From: Octopus sinensis
Lineage: Eukaryota
DNA length: 64,000 nt
Reading direction: 5' to 3'
NCBI RefSeq assembly: GCF_006345805.1
Contig: NC_043004.1
Location: 49,042,001-49,106,000, forward strand
The translations under genes and the position numbers were made by a program. The notes under the pieces were generated by a model that was not told where the DNA came from, did not search any database, and was given only the letters and a program-made list of their open reading frames with translations. Shown here one piece after another: positions 37,856 to 51,483 of this stretch; the stretch's first letter is position 1; each line of letters starts with the position of its first letter.

Positions 37856-38435
37856 AAAAAAACAACAACAACTAAATACTGTGATGAGTTAAGTCCAAAG
37901 TTTTAGTTTCCGTCAACTGATCTCCATACCATAAACTGAAATATATATAATGAGTACTTCAGGCATTCTGCACCAATAGCTCTTAACTTGGATAGTAGCG
38001 CTTCATTCGTGTCATTGTGAGCCGACAAGGAGGAAGCAAATACAAGGAGGTACTAAATAGGTACGCTGACTGTTTAGAGGAGTGGTGACTATTCTTAGAA
38101 ATTAGATATTAAATCAGGTATAATATTTACATTTAGACACATCTTCAAAATTTTTTGCCAAGATTAGAATATGAAAAAGACATTATAATATCAGTGAAAT
38201 AAAATGAATAACTCCTGCCTTTGAAAGGAAGTAAAGTTGCTACTGTATGTGTTTGCTTCAGTTTGCTGTATGTGGTTGAGGAAGGGTTCAGCATAGAAGC
38301 ATGGCTAATTAGCTAAACGGTAAAGTTGATTTTCAAATGCAAAAAAGGCTCTTGTTGTCAAATACCGAACCTGGTATCGGTTCGATATCAATCGCTAATA
38401 CACGGCTAATATCGATTCAATGTTAACAAAATCCA

Positions 38436-38936
38436 AGGTGGCGAACAGGCAGAATCGTTAGCATGCCGGATGAAATGTTTAACAGCATTTTGTCGGTCTT
38501 CACGTTCTGAGATCAAATTTCGCCGAGGCTGACTTTGCCTTTCATCCCTTTCGGGGTCGATAGAATAAGTACGAATTGAACACTGGGGTCGATGTAATTG
38601 ACTTACTCCCTCTCCCAAAATTGCTGGCTCTGTGCCAAAACTTGAAACCAATATTGCATAGTGATTTATTATTCACATTTTCTTATATACCCGCTAAGCA
38701 TTTTATTCTGCGAGTTAACGATTCTTTTCTATTCTAGGTACAAGGCCTGAAATTTTTGGGGAGGGGCCAGTCGATTAGATTGAACCCAGTACGCAACTGG
38801 TACTTAATTTATCGACTCCCAAAGAATGAAAGGCAAAGTCGACCTCGGCGGAATTTCAACTCAGAGCGTAAAGACAAGACGAAATACGCTAAGCATTTCA
38901 CCCGGCATGCTAACGTTTCTGCCAGTTCGCTGTCTT
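38436..38936. mobile_element. Tail-to-tail inverted pair of SINE family 2 (38436-38652 +, 38724-38936 -)
   Basis: Both copies homologous to 44336-44566; about 70 bp apart. Confidence 0.8.
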
Positions 38937-39404
38937 GTCGCTATGCAATATTCTACTAATTGATTAGAATAATTGGGGCAGATTTAATATTTTTTTTGTT
39001 TTTGCAAAACAGAAGAACGCCATTCAGTGAAAGGGTGTGCTCAGCGATAAGACAGATCCACTGTACGAGATCAAATAACGACAGATATCGATTATATCAT
39101 GCTATACCGTCTTAAGAAAACGATCACGTAGGTTATAATTCTGAATAAATTACGTTTGAGGTAAAACAAATGACATTTTGGCCATGGCTTCTAATTCGTC
39201 ATCTGGCTCTAATCGACGGCAAAGACAACAGCGGCTACAACAAAAAATAATTCAACGATAACTATCACAACTTTTTTACACGGACATGCGAACAACAGTG
39301 GTTTCTAGTAAATCAAGCATATGTATCCAACCTAAAGTCCGTCCGTCCGTCCGTCCGTCCATCCATCCATCCATCCATCTATCCATCTATCCATCTATCT
39401 ATCC

Positions 39405-39479
<75 letters not shown>

Positions 39480-39786
39480 CCTATCTACCTACATACACAT
39501 CTACCTACTTACCTAAATATCTACCTAACCTCTTGTTTTTTTTTTACCTGTTTCAGTCATTAGTCGACGGCCATGCTGGGGCACCGCCTTGAAAGATTTC
39601 GTCGAATAAATCCATACCAGTGCTTATTTTTAAATTCGGTACTTATTCTTACAGGCTATTTTTTGCCGGACGTAAACAAACCAACGTCAGTCGTCAACCG
39701 GTAGGAGTAAGGAACAAGTCAAAGACACGCACACACACACACACCACACACACACACACACACAAACATAAATATTTGTATATACC

Positions 39787-40020
39787 TATTTCTTTACTAC
39801 CCACAAGGGGCTAAACATAGAGGGGACAAACAAGGACAGACATAGGTATTAAGTCGATTACATCGACCCCAGTGCGTAACTGGTACTTAATTTATCGACC
39901 CCGAAAGGATGAAAGGCAAAGTCGACCTCGGCGGAATTTGAACTCAGAACGTAGCGGCGGACGAAATACCACAAAGCATTTCGCCCGGCGTGCTAACGGT
40001 TTCTGCCAGCCCGCCGCCTT
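39787..40020 (-). mobile_element. SINE family 2, full length
   Basis: 18-bp TSD TAAATATTTGTATATACC (39769-86, 40021-38). Confidence 0.92.
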
Positions 40021-40069
40021 TAAATATTTGTATATACCACAGGTTTGTATACAGACGTTGATGTAAGTA

Positions 40070-42104
40070 TTAGGGGAGCAATAGGAGCGACCGCTCACCG
40101 CGAGCACATTTTTCAAAACTTTGTAATACTAGATGGGCGTCCAGAAATTCAGCAACAGAGGCGGTCGAGCAGAATTTATTAGCACTAGTAACTGCTCTAC
40201 AAAGAATTCTGGATGGTAGGAAAAAAAAAAGAAAAACTGTGCTCCTAAGCAGTTCGCTAAAGGCAAAGGGTATACAAGAAACACTAAGTACTTATGAATT
40301 CTTAGTTGGTGTTATATTTTGGAGTGAAGTGCTAGACAAGGGTTTCAATTTATACACATTTTTACAGAAAAGCAGTCTAGATCCGGTAACGAATTCTCAG
40401 TTGATTCAGACTTTTGAAAAAGAAATGAAAGATATGCGAAATGTATACTCTGTCTTTTGCTCTTTTACTTGTTTCAGTCATTTGACTGCGACCATGCTGG
40501 AGCATCGCCTTTTAGTCGAACAAATCGACCCCGGGACTTATTCTTTGTTAGCCTAGTACTTATTCTATCGGTCTCTTTAGCCGAACCGCTAAGTAACGGG
40601 GACATAAACACACCAGCACTGGTTGTCAAGCAATGCTAGGGGGACAAACACAGACATACAAACATACACGCACACACAACACACACACACAAACACACAC
40701 ACAACACACACACACACACACACTTAATATATTATATATATATATATATATATATACGATGGGCTTCTTTCAGTTTCCGTCTACCAAATCCACTCACAAG
40801 GCTTTGGTCAGCCCGAGGCTATAGTAGAAGACACTTGCCCAAGATGCCACGCAGTGGGACTGAACCCGGAACCATATGGTTGGTAAGCAAGCTACTTACC
40901 ACACAGTCACTCCTGCGCCTATATGAATCTCAGATTGAAAATAAAGTAAGTGAACTGGCTCAAGAGTATTATATTAGCACGGGATATAAGCAATACAAAA
41001 AAACGTGAAGGAAAGAGATTCCAATATGAAATTGCAGAAGATGAAGCAATACTTGATGCTAGGAAGAAATTCATGATTGAAACCTAATTAGTGTTCTTAA
41101 ATTCTACTATAATGGGCACAAGTAAAAGAATCGAGTATTTTTTAAAGTGTGGATTTCAGCCTTGGTGTTTTAGATCCAAAACATTTTGACAGCGCAGATG
41201 ATGTAAATAAGTCAGAAATTTTAGCAGACGCACTCAGATGTCATTGACAGTCAAACTGAAATCGCTCAAGAGTTTCTTCCATTCAAAGACATGCACAAAG
41301 AAATAATGAGCACTAGGAGTAAAGGCTAATTGAAGTGTCGAAGAACTGACCATTGACGATGTACATAATTTCATGATTGCCATTGACATATGGTCCATTG
41401 ACCTGTGGTTAAACAACAACAACGTCAGCAACAACAGCAGCAGTAGCAGTAGCAGCAGCAAAGCCAAAACATCGTCAGCAACAACAGTATTTCTGAGTCG
41501 GTGAAGGAATCTCTATGTGATCGCTCGACCTGCTAGAAATAGCAGCTAAAACTCATCTGAGATCAGAATCCACCCACACTGTAACACCTTACCAATAACT
41601 AGCGCAGTAGCTGAACGATCCTTTAGTCGGTTGAAACAGATAAAGCCTTGCCTTCGTTCTGCAATGGGCGAGGGTAGATTGTCTAGCTTAGCTTCGCTCT
41701 CCATTGAAAGAGAGTTGGCTATTGAGGTGGTTATTGATAAAGTTATAGATAACTTAGCTAGAATAAAGCCAAAACGAAAGAAGGCGTTGTAGTTCCTTCG
41801 TGATACATTTTTCACACTGCTTCGTTTTGTTTTCATTTTACGTTTAAAATCAAAAACAATTGGATAACACAAATGTTTTGAGATTTATGAACTTAATGTA
41901 AAACTATTTGTTTTTTAGTTTTAAATACAAAATAACAATTAAGTACTTCCTTTAAAACTGTATCCTTCTCGTGTTTCGATTTTAAACACAAAATTAAAAT
42001 GTATAATTAATGAGTTAAAAATTGTTTGGTCTGTGTCACGGCGCCATTTTTATTATGTGCTCAGCCCATATTTTTCTAACTCTGGAATCTGGCTACATTC
42101 CTGT
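40070..42104 (+). pseudogene. hAT transposase relic (C-terminal half), interrupted by a SINE and a second insert
   Basis: KLCNTRWASR, YEFLVGVIFWSEVL, and the dimerisation domain TLPITSAVAERSFSRLKQIKPCLRSAMGEGRLSSLASLSIERE (stop at about 41793). Confidence 0.88.
40447..40920 (-). mobile_element. SINE family 1, full length, inside the hAT relic
   Basis: Homology to 7431-7845; hAT-like reading resumes afterwards. Confidence 0.9.
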
Positions 42105-42242
42105 ATACAGATCCATCTACGAAATCCCCTCACAAATGAAGACATTTAGTCAAGGTATTGCACAATGGGACTGAACGCGACACACCACGTGATAGCGAGG
42201 CGAGTTTATTAACCTCACAGCTTGCACCTGCTACACACGCAC

Positions 42243-42299
<57 letters not shown>

Positions 42300-42329
42300 T
42301 ATATTCAAAATGTGACCGCGTGTGTATCG

Positions 42330-42515
42330 TTGGCGATTTTTTTTCCCTCCGTCTTCCCTTCTTTGGATCTTTCATTTTCCTATGTTTCTAACGAAGAGCT
42401 TCGCCCGAAACGTTAACTCCTCCTTCTTTCCTGAGTGTCCAATAATACTATACTTGTTCCACGTCCTCACGTTCTTGTGTTTTCTTTTTGTGTTTTCATG
42501 TTTGAATTAACTTAA
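42330..42515 (+). mobile_element. Short non-coding repeat H1 with hammerhead-like motif
   Basis: GTTT-CTAACGA-A-GAGC-TTC-GCCC-GAAA-CGTT-AAC at 42384-42417; paralog of 25820-25995. Confidence 0.6.
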
Positions 42516-42518
42516 TAT

Positions 42519-42593
<75 letters not shown>

Positions 42594-43001
42594 GAGATAG
42601 GGGTTGTAAATTCAACCCTCCATGGGATAACATATATCCAATATACTGCTAGAGAGGTACCCAACAAAACTAATACATAAATGTTAAAAATTGCGATGCA
42701 ATTAATTCATCTACTGTATTATGTGGGCAAGGGTAAAATTATTATATACATGTATGTATGTATATACACGTGTGGGTGTAATTGTGAGAAACATGCAGTC
42801 ATACACTCCATTCCCATATTCTCTTTTACAGTCATTTATGGTTAAATTAACTTTAGGAAGAATAAAATGGTTTTTCCGTTAACCTGTTCAGGGGAAGAGA
42901 TGTCCATGTCCTTTCTAGACCCTCTCTGACCAGGGAGATGCTATCTGCTATTAACGTTCATCGTAAATAATTGCAACCCGATGGCAGCATGAAAAGCTTA
43001 C

Positions 43002-43065
43002 GAAGGGAAGAAATGCCAGAGGACCTACTTTCGAGGCCAGGAGCACAGAACTGAGCATAGAACTT
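43002..43065 (-). other. Candidate 64-nt exon
   Basis: Acceptor ttttttttttctttcag|AAG, donor TTC|GTAAGC; two open frames (KFYAQFCAPGLESRSSGISSL / SSMLSSVLLASKVGPLAFLPF); no homology recognised. Confidence 0.25.
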
Positions 43066-43380
43066 CTGAAAGAAAAAAAAAATTGCATTTCGAGACACGT
43101 CTATTTTGCAGCACTGGTTATGTTGTGATAACGATGGTGGGTGGGAACTCCCAAAATTCAAAGCGAGAATTCTTTCTGTTTCGTTTGCAGTTGCTGTGTC
43201 ATCTGAAGATCCCGCTTTTATGGTGGTAACTGATAACAGTGGTTAACGCAGGACCTGAAGAAATACAAGACGAGTGAAAGGAGAAGGGGACATATTTGAA
43301 TTGGGAGTGCCCGCGTGGTGTTGGTACGAGACCTGACGCAACCGAGGAGTAGATGCTACGGTAACAGCAGTAGAAAAGGC

Positions 43381-43423
<43 letters not shown>

Positions 43424-43441
43424 GAGAGAGAGAGGAGATAG

Positions 43442-43472
<31 letters not shown>

Positions 43473-43637
43473 AAGAGGAGGAGAGAGAAGGAAAAGGAGA
43501 GAAAAGAGAGAGAGAAAGAGAGAGAGAGAGTAGAAAAGGCAGTGAGAGAGAGAGGGAGAGGGAGAGAGAGGAAGAGATAGAGAGGGAGATAGAGAGGGAG
43601 AGAGAGGGAGAGAGAAAGGGAGAGAGAGAGAGAAAGG

Positions 43638-43668
<31 letters not shown>

Positions 43669-43734
43669 GGAGAGAGAAGGGGAGAGAGGGAAAGAGAGAG
43701 AGAGGGAGAGATTGAGAGAGAGAGGTAAGAAGAT

Positions 43735-44335
43735 ATCTGTTGGACAGAGGTTAGTGTTCTGAGAAAATTCCTGCCGGTCAGTCGAGAAGCCTTTCCTTGG
43801 ACGGGGTCTCTGTGACTGTGTAGCAACTTACACAGCCACAGACGTGGGAGCAGTTCTCCATTGCGGGTCCTCCTTGAGCTTCGTGGAAGGCTAACAGTTG
43901 CTGGGAACTGAAGTATATTATGGCTATGAAGAGGTAGGCCAGTCTCTGTGATTTGGCCCCTGGCTAAACTGCGGATGGTCATTTGCCTGGACGCGCTTTC
44001 GTCCAGAGAAAACCTTCTTGATAGAGGGAATTTAAACGTTTGAAGCAACTAGAAAGATACTAGTTTGCGTTCTGTTCCTGTTTAGTGGTAAGATTTCGTA
44101 CGATAGTGTTTTCTTGGTGTGTGCAGAGATTATGATGTCTTGTTTTTATTTTTAATTTTGAAGGAGACGAAATTGGCAGCCGTCCATTACAGGATGTTTT
44201 CTAGGTTTCTGTTTACGGAGTTAGTGCAGATTTGAGTGAGATGTCTAGGTTAGGTTGTATGTAAGACGATGCTTGAGTGAAGAAGGTTAGGGATGTATGA
44301 CGTGTTGTATCAACTGTGGAGAAGCAGGTATCGTT
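43735..44335 (-). mobile_element. CR1/Jockey-group LINE RT C-terminal relic
   Basis: Degenerate EAQGGPAMENCSHVCGC..LLD resembles the KAQIRP.MEYCSHIW..LLD region; many stops and frameshifts. Confidence 0.55.
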
Positions 44336-44566
44336 AGGCGGCGAGCTGGCAGAAATGTTAGCACGCCGGGCGAAATGCGTAGCCGTATTTCGTCTGTCGT
44401 TACGTTCTGAGTTCAAATTCCGCCGAGGTCGACTTTGCCTTTCATCCTTTCGGGGTCGATAAATTAAGTACCAGTTACGCACTGGGGTCGATGTAATCGA
44501 CTTAATACCTATGCCTGTCCTTGTTTGTCCCCTCTGTCTTTAGCCCCTTGTGGGTAATAAAGAAAT
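44336..44566 (+). mobile_element. SINE family 2, full length
   Basis: A-box-like AGCTGGCAGAA, B-box GAGTTCAAATTCC; 10-bp TSD AGGTATCGTT (44326-35, 44567-76). Confidence 0.92.
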
Positions 44567-45479
44567 AGGTATCGTTGGATGCAACGAAAAAACAGGTCGT
44601 TGATGTATTGGAGGCGGGGGGGGGGGAGGAAGTGTGTGCGGCTGGGAACCGAACCATGGGATGCATCAGAGTTATCAAGAGTGGGAGAGAAAGAGAAACT
44701 GAAACAGAGAGAGGGAGAGATAGAGAGAGAGGGGGGAGGGGGGGGGATGAAACTCCATCTTTACATACTGCGATAGTCAGATCAGACAGGATGTCGGAGG
44801 AAGATCCTGAGTGGAGAGAGGAGCAAGTGGAGAGAGGAGCAAGCGGAGAGTAATGGATATGTGTATGTATTTGCGTTTGTGTGCGCACGCGCATGTGTGT
44901 GTGTATGTGTGTGCATGTATGTATGTGTATGTGTGTGATAATGTGCGTTTATATGTTTGTAAAAAGTACGACCGCTGCTTTCTCTTCGCAACTTGGTCCG
45001 TAAGCAGAAATATTTCGTGTTGTAGTTGTGGTTGTTGCTTAGCTCTCGATCAGCTCCGTTCAAGTAGACCTGGGTCACATAAAGATTTCCAATCATGGCC
45101 ATCCTGTTTTCTTAGTGGGTGACTACTTTATCTAATGTGCGACAGCCCCCTCCCCCTATTTTAAGGCGGTGGATTCTGATCTCAGATGAGTTTTAGCTGC
45201 TATTTCTAGCAGGTCGAGTGATCACATAGAGACTCCTTCACCGACTCAGAAATACTGTTGTTGCTGTCGTTGTTGTTTAACCACAGGTCAATGATGATCA
45301 GGTAGGTCCATTAACAAAGGCATCCCAGCCATTCCATTTCAGTCTTTGATTATCGGGCAGTGTATCGATAACCACATTTACCAATATATCCTTTTTCAAA
45401 CGGTAGGCCCTGATTTAAAGGAGATTTGGCTGCTATTTCCAGCATATTGAATGAACACTTAGAGACTATCTGATTGGCT

Positions 45480-46115
45480 TACTGTTGCTGTTGACGTTAC
45501 TGCTGTTACTGCTGCTGCTGGTGTGGCTGTTGCGACTAGGGCTTGTGTTGCTGCTGTTGTTAATGCTGCTGCTCTTGCCGCGGCTTCTGCTGCTGCTGCT
45601 GTTACCGTTACTGTTGCTACTGCTGCTGTAATTCTTCTTGTTGCTGCTGCTGCTGTTGCTGTTGCCACTATTTATTGCTAGCTCCAAACAGTGAATTCTT
45701 GAAGCCGCCACCACCAGCACCTGCAGCAACCGCAGCAGTGGAAACACCACTAGCAGTACCAGTAACACCACCACCACCACCACCACAATTGCCACCACCA
45801 CCACCACAACCGCCACCAGCACCCCCACCAGCACCACCACCACCACCCCACCATCACTGCCGCCGCCGGCACCTCCTTCACCGCAACCGCAGCCGCCGCC
45901 GCCACCACCGCCGCGCCGCCGCCGACACACCGCCGCCGCCGCCACCACCGCCGCCGCCGCCGCACACCACCGCCGCCGCCGCCACCACCACCCGCCGCCG
46001 CCCCACCACGCCGCCGCCGCCACCACCGCCGCCGCGCCACCACCGCCGCCGCCGCCACCACCGCCGCCGCCGCCACCACCGCCGCCGCCGCCACCACCGC
46101 CCGCCGCCACCACCG

Positions 46116-46149
<34 letters not shown>

Positions 46150-46243
46150 CGCGCCGCCGCCACCACCACCACCACACCACCACCACCACCACCACCACCA
46201 CCACCACCACCACCACCACCACAACTACCACCACCACCACCAC
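45480..46243. repeat. (GCT/GTT)n tract followed by a long (CCG/CCA)n tract
   Basis: Direct inspection; CCG-rich core at about 45860-46175. Confidence 0.9.
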
Positions 46244-48119
46244 TCTAAATATAACGAAGTGAGTGAGTCTTCTAAAACAGTGCTCTAGTTTTTGTTTAAG
46301 ACAAGAATTGATAGGAATTAAAATATGAACGCTGTTAGTCTCTGGAAATATGACACCCCACCAGTTCCAAAATAAAAACAGAAAAACAAACAAATAAATA
46401 AAAAAAAAAAATAAAGGCTTGCCAACGAAAGAGCATCTTCGTGGTCGCTCAATCTTCTAGAAACAACAGCCAAACCTCCTTCCAATTAGATTCCCCCATT
46501 CACCTACGGTTTAGAAAACAACACGTAGGTTTCTTACGCGTAGAGAAATAAGAATTCATCTACGGCTTGTACATCTTTCATCATAACCTTGCTAGATTGG
46601 AGCGGAACTGCGCTAAATGTCAACTTTGTCTTTTTACCCTTCACCCAGGCCGTACGATCAAAAAAAGAATATCAATGGAGGGAAGCCAATGAATTGGTGT
46701 AACTAACTGTAAGGAAAGTGGGCCAGATGCGTTGCTGCATTTGCTCCATCTCAATGCATTCTGAGTTCAAATCACTCCGTGGATAACTTGGGTGGTCTAC
46801 GTAAACAAACCCTCGTCGGTTTAATATCACTATCTGGAGTCTTGGGTGGGTTCAACGGAGTCGACTCTATTGTAAGCATTTGGGCTAGGCTTTGCCTCTT
46901 TCTTTCTTGGCATTCCGGTCTGCATCATCAGTTTTTTTTTTTACTTTGAAGCAGAGCGAACCTTAAAATACATCTACCTTTTTAGCTCTGCGTATTGAGA
47001 TTTTAATCTATTCAATAATTTTGTGGATGGGATGTCACTTTTATGCAGGCCCGAGCAAAGAGGGATTGTTGGGCCATACACTAACTGTCCAATTTATCAT
47101 GCCATACACTAGCTATTTCCTTATACTGTACTCTGCCTGTTCTGTTTACAGCACCATAAACAGGTTGTTCTATCTGTCAACCAAGTATTAACCATTACAA
47201 ACTAGTCTATTGTTTATACATTGTATCTATATACTACAAACGAGCAGATGCAGTCTCGTTTCAGAAGTGACGACATCAACAGGCCGCAAGAACGGCGAAA
47301 TACGCACCTGCTGCTCTCGCTGTCGCTTGTGAGGCAAATAACTTTTGCTTAGCTCTGAAGTATTTTTCCCGGACGAACTGCTGCTTCTGGCTTTTTAACG
47401 ACATACATACGTTACGTAAGCTACATAGATAAAGATTTTATATACTGGCTATTTTATTATACTATACACTCGCTGACCTATTTACTATACCATACACTTG
47501 TAGCTTACATTGTCTACTGTATTCGCTATACCATACCATAACGAAACAAAACAATATATGGCAAAATAAACAAGGCACTGGTCTTTGGTATAACATTCAA
47601 TGTCTGATATACAAGAACAATAGACTGGCTTTTCTTGTACATGATTTATTTACTACACTATACACTAACTATTCTATCTACCTACCACACACCGGCTGTT
47701 CTGGCAACTACACCATACATAGGCATTTCTATCTAATATCCTGTACACGAGCCGTTCTATTTACTATGCCGTACATTGTTACTTCTACACAATGTTCTAG
47801 CTTTCCTGTTTATTTTACCTAACACCAAGGGAGTAGCAACTCTTTCAATGCCTTAACAAGCCGCTTCCTTGCGATAAATTAAAGCTGCTTGAGTGATAAC
47901 CTTGAGATAGGCTCTGTTAAATGTAGGTTGAAGTGATTGTTGGGCTGAGAGTCCTGAAAGAGATTTGAGGGAGAATCATTTGAGTTAGGGTACCGAGGAG
48001 TTAGTGGAAACTGAGGTAAAGTGAGAAGATATAAGGCGAAGAAAAGCTAATGGGGAAAAAAAAAACTGAATTAGAGAGAGTAGTAATATAGTAAGACCCT
48101 CTGTCTTGAGTTTTTGGAC

Positions 48120-48392
48120 TCATAGGACCGGTTATCCAGTTTCCATGACCTATAAGTAACCGAGACCACAACATAGCCTCCGAATGGGAATGGCGTTAAC
48201 TAGGAAGAGAGATTAGATCTATTCACGAGCGGATTCGTCGCAGGGTTATTTATTTAGAGTTAAGCGAACTGGAGCATCGTTACACGAAGTGTTTTGTCCA
48301 AGAACACAACGTGCCACCCGGTTTGGATACCGAATCCATGATCTTGTGATCGTGAGTGAAACCCCCTGACTACTAGGCCGAGTGCCTTCACT
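48120..48392 (-). mobile_element. SINE family 4 (tRNA-like head), diverged
   Basis: Minus strand GTGAAGGCACTCGGCCTAGTAGTCAGGG..GGATTCGGTATCC..GTTGTGTTCTTGGACAAAACACTT. Confidence 0.6.
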
Positions 48393-48609
48393 AGAATGGA
48401 TTGAGATATGGAGAAAAGAAGTCAGTAGAAGCTAAGCTGAGATTGAGTGAATAGAGATAGGGAGAAATAACTTAGCAGAAGCAAAGCTCGGCTTGAGGGC
48501 TTCTACGCTCTGGCGTTGGATTACGGTTATAAAAATAGTGGTAAGTGAAAAGTAGTATGAGAGATTTAATAACGAGGGAATGATAAAACATTGGTGTATT
48601 TATGGATTT

Positions 48610-48991
48610 GTGGAGGCGCAATGGTCCTGTGGTTAAGCCAGCGGGCTCGCAGTCGTAGGATCGCGGTTTCGATTCCCAGACCGAGCGTTGTGAGTGTTTA
48701 TTGAGCGAAAACGCCTAAAGCTCCACGAGGCTCCGGCAGGGGTGGTGGCGAACCCTGCTGTACTCTTTCACCACAACTTTCTCTCACTCTTTCTTCCTGT
48801 TTCTGTTGTATCTGTATTTCAAAGGGCCAGCATTGTCACACTCTGTGTCACGCTGAATCTCCCCGAGAACTACGTTAAGGGTACACGTGTCTGTGGAGTG
48901 CTCAGCCACTTACACGTTAATTTCACGAGCAGGCTGTTCCGTTGATCGGATCAACTGGAACCTTATCATCGTAACCGACGGAGTGCCACTC
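48610..48991 (+). mobile_element. SINE family 3, 3' module B
   Basis: Shared head; 12-bp TSD ATTTA(T/A)GGATTT (48598-48609, 48992-49003). Confidence 0.85.
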
Positions 48992-50399
48992 ATTTAAGGA
49001 TTTACTGTTTCAGTAAGGATTGGCAATAGTGAACATTTAATAATAAAAGATTCAAAGTGAATGCATAGTCTTTCCTCTGAACTACTCGACATAGCGGAGT
49101 GGGCAGGAGATGCAAGCGAAATGAATGAATGAGAGAGGATGAGTAAGAAAATTGAAGGAAGGGGTGATGGAAGTGGAGAAAATGAGCGAAATCAGAAGAG
49201 AGTAGGAGGAGATGATATATTATTTAATACTAAGAAAATATGATAGGGAGAGGTGCAGATTAAGCAAAGATTTTTTCCTTTGGTTTTATACTTAATCCAA
49301 ATGTACGGGGAAGAGAGGGAAAACTAGTTAGGATAAGGGAGAAAAGAAATAAGATTTTAAAAAAGTGAATGAGAAGGGAAGGAAAATTGAGAAGCAAAGA
49401 TATAGACGAGAGGATGTGAGGCAATGAAAGAGAGAGAGGGGGAGAGAGAGGGGAGAGAGAGAGAGGAGGGGGAGAGAGAGAGGGGGAGAGAGAGGGAGAG
49501 AGAGAGGAGGAGGAGAGAGAGAGGGGGAGAAAGAGAGAGAGAGGGGAGAGAGAGAGAGGGGGGAGTTGGAGTTCGGTTAGATGTTGTGGTGTGTTCCACA
49601 TAAAGTACAAGAGACCGGCGAAACAGAGCACGTTGACACAACCGGTGATATCAGTTAAATTCAAAACCTTCTCGTTATTTGGTTCATTATCAGTTATTTA
49701 ATTAATATCACAAACTAAAACATTTATGGGGAATGATAGTAAGAGTTTCTGATGTTCGTGACTTCCATGGTAGCTTTAGCAGCGCATAGAAAATGAAATG
49801 TCTTTGCGAAGAGCAACCAGATCTATTTGCGAGTGAGTTCATATGGTATGTTATACGTTCCGCTGATGAGGTTCGTTAAGACAGGAATATGTACGTTGCT
49901 ATCAACGTTCTTACTAGCGAAGATCAGATTATCTTTCCCTACCGTTGCGAGTCTCGATCAAATGGATCTTCTTAAACAAACTGAAAACCTTTTATTTCAA
50001 TGATTTTTTTTTGGCGTCGATAATGCAGTACGTCCATTCATACTTGATCTATTTCAATCCATGTCAACAGCTTATTTGAGTTATTTCCCTAATTCAAATT
50101 CATTTTCTATTTGTAGGGAGCTTACTTCTTGAATTGCAGCGACCGTGTCTGTTATTTTGTTGCTGCTTAGCCTTGGCTTAACCTTTATCCAGCAGACTTA
50201 TGATTAACGGCATTTCAACCATGAATATCATGACCTTCAAATGGTTTGTGGGTTTGCACTATTGATGTGCACTTTCCATATTGAAGGCGGTAGAGTGTGA
50301 TTGCTGGGAGAATTATCGATTATTTAAAATTTTTTTCCTGTGTGAGATAAACACATTGAGTATATTGAAACTTTAATTTCTTCTATCTTCGTCTGTATT

Positions 50400-51202
50400 T
50401 GTATACATACATACATACATACATGCATACATACATACACACACATGTATGTATGTATGTATGTATGTATGTATGTATGTATGTATGTATGTATGTATGT
50501 ATGTATGTATGTATGTATGTATGTGTGTGTATGTATGAATGTATATGTGTATGTGTGTATGTATGATGTATGTATGTATGTATGTATGTATGTATGTATG
50601 TATGTATGTATGTATGTGTGGTATGTATGTATGTTATAATGTATGTATGTATGTATGTATGAATGTATTATGAATGTATGTATGTGTTGTATGTATGTAT
50701 GTATGTATGTATGTATGTTATGTGTGTGTATGTGTGTATGTATGTATGTATGTATGTATGTATGTATGTATGTAGCATGTATGTATGTTGTATGTATGGA
50801 TGTATGTATGTATGTATGTATATATGTATGTATGTTGTATGTATGTATGTATGTATGTATGAATGTATGTATGTGGTATGTATGTTGTATGTATGTATTA
50901 TGTATGTATGTATGTATGATGTATGTATGTATGTATAGGTATGTGGTGTGTATGGTGTTGTATGTATGGAGATGTATGTATGTATGTATATATGTATGAT
51001 GTATGTATGTGTGTATGTATGTATGAATGTATGATGTATGTATGTGTGTATGTGTGTATGTATGTATGTATGTATGTATGTTGTGTATGGTGTGTGTGTA
51101 TGTATGGATGTATGTATGTTGTTGTTTATGTGTATGTGTGTATGTATGTATGTATGTATGTGTGTGTGTATGTGTTATGTTGTGGGTATGTATGTATGTA
51201 TG

Positions 51203-51233
<31 letters not shown>

Positions 51234-51245
51234 ATGTGTATATAT
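50400..51245. repeat. ~850-bp degenerate (TATG)n microsatellite
   Basis: Direct inspection. Confidence 0.95.
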
Positions 51246-51440
51246 ATGGTTAACAGATGAGATCCAGAGATGCTCAGTCTAGAAAACACTTAGTAGCGCT
51301 CAAATGGTTTGAACTTAGACTCCGAAATCTTTATCTGTGAAGTAAAGAGTGGCTATAAGAGGGATTCGGGTGACCCGATATGGAGATAATTATGCAAATA
51401 AACGAATAAAACTTCTTAGGTTAGATATACAATGCGCACA

Positions 51441-51477
<37 letters not shown>

Positions 51478-51483
<6 letters not shown>

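Noticed and set aside
47000-49260. Coding or LINE remnants around the SINEs at 47-49 kb
   Set aside because: Only vague similarity; no diagnostic motif could be read.
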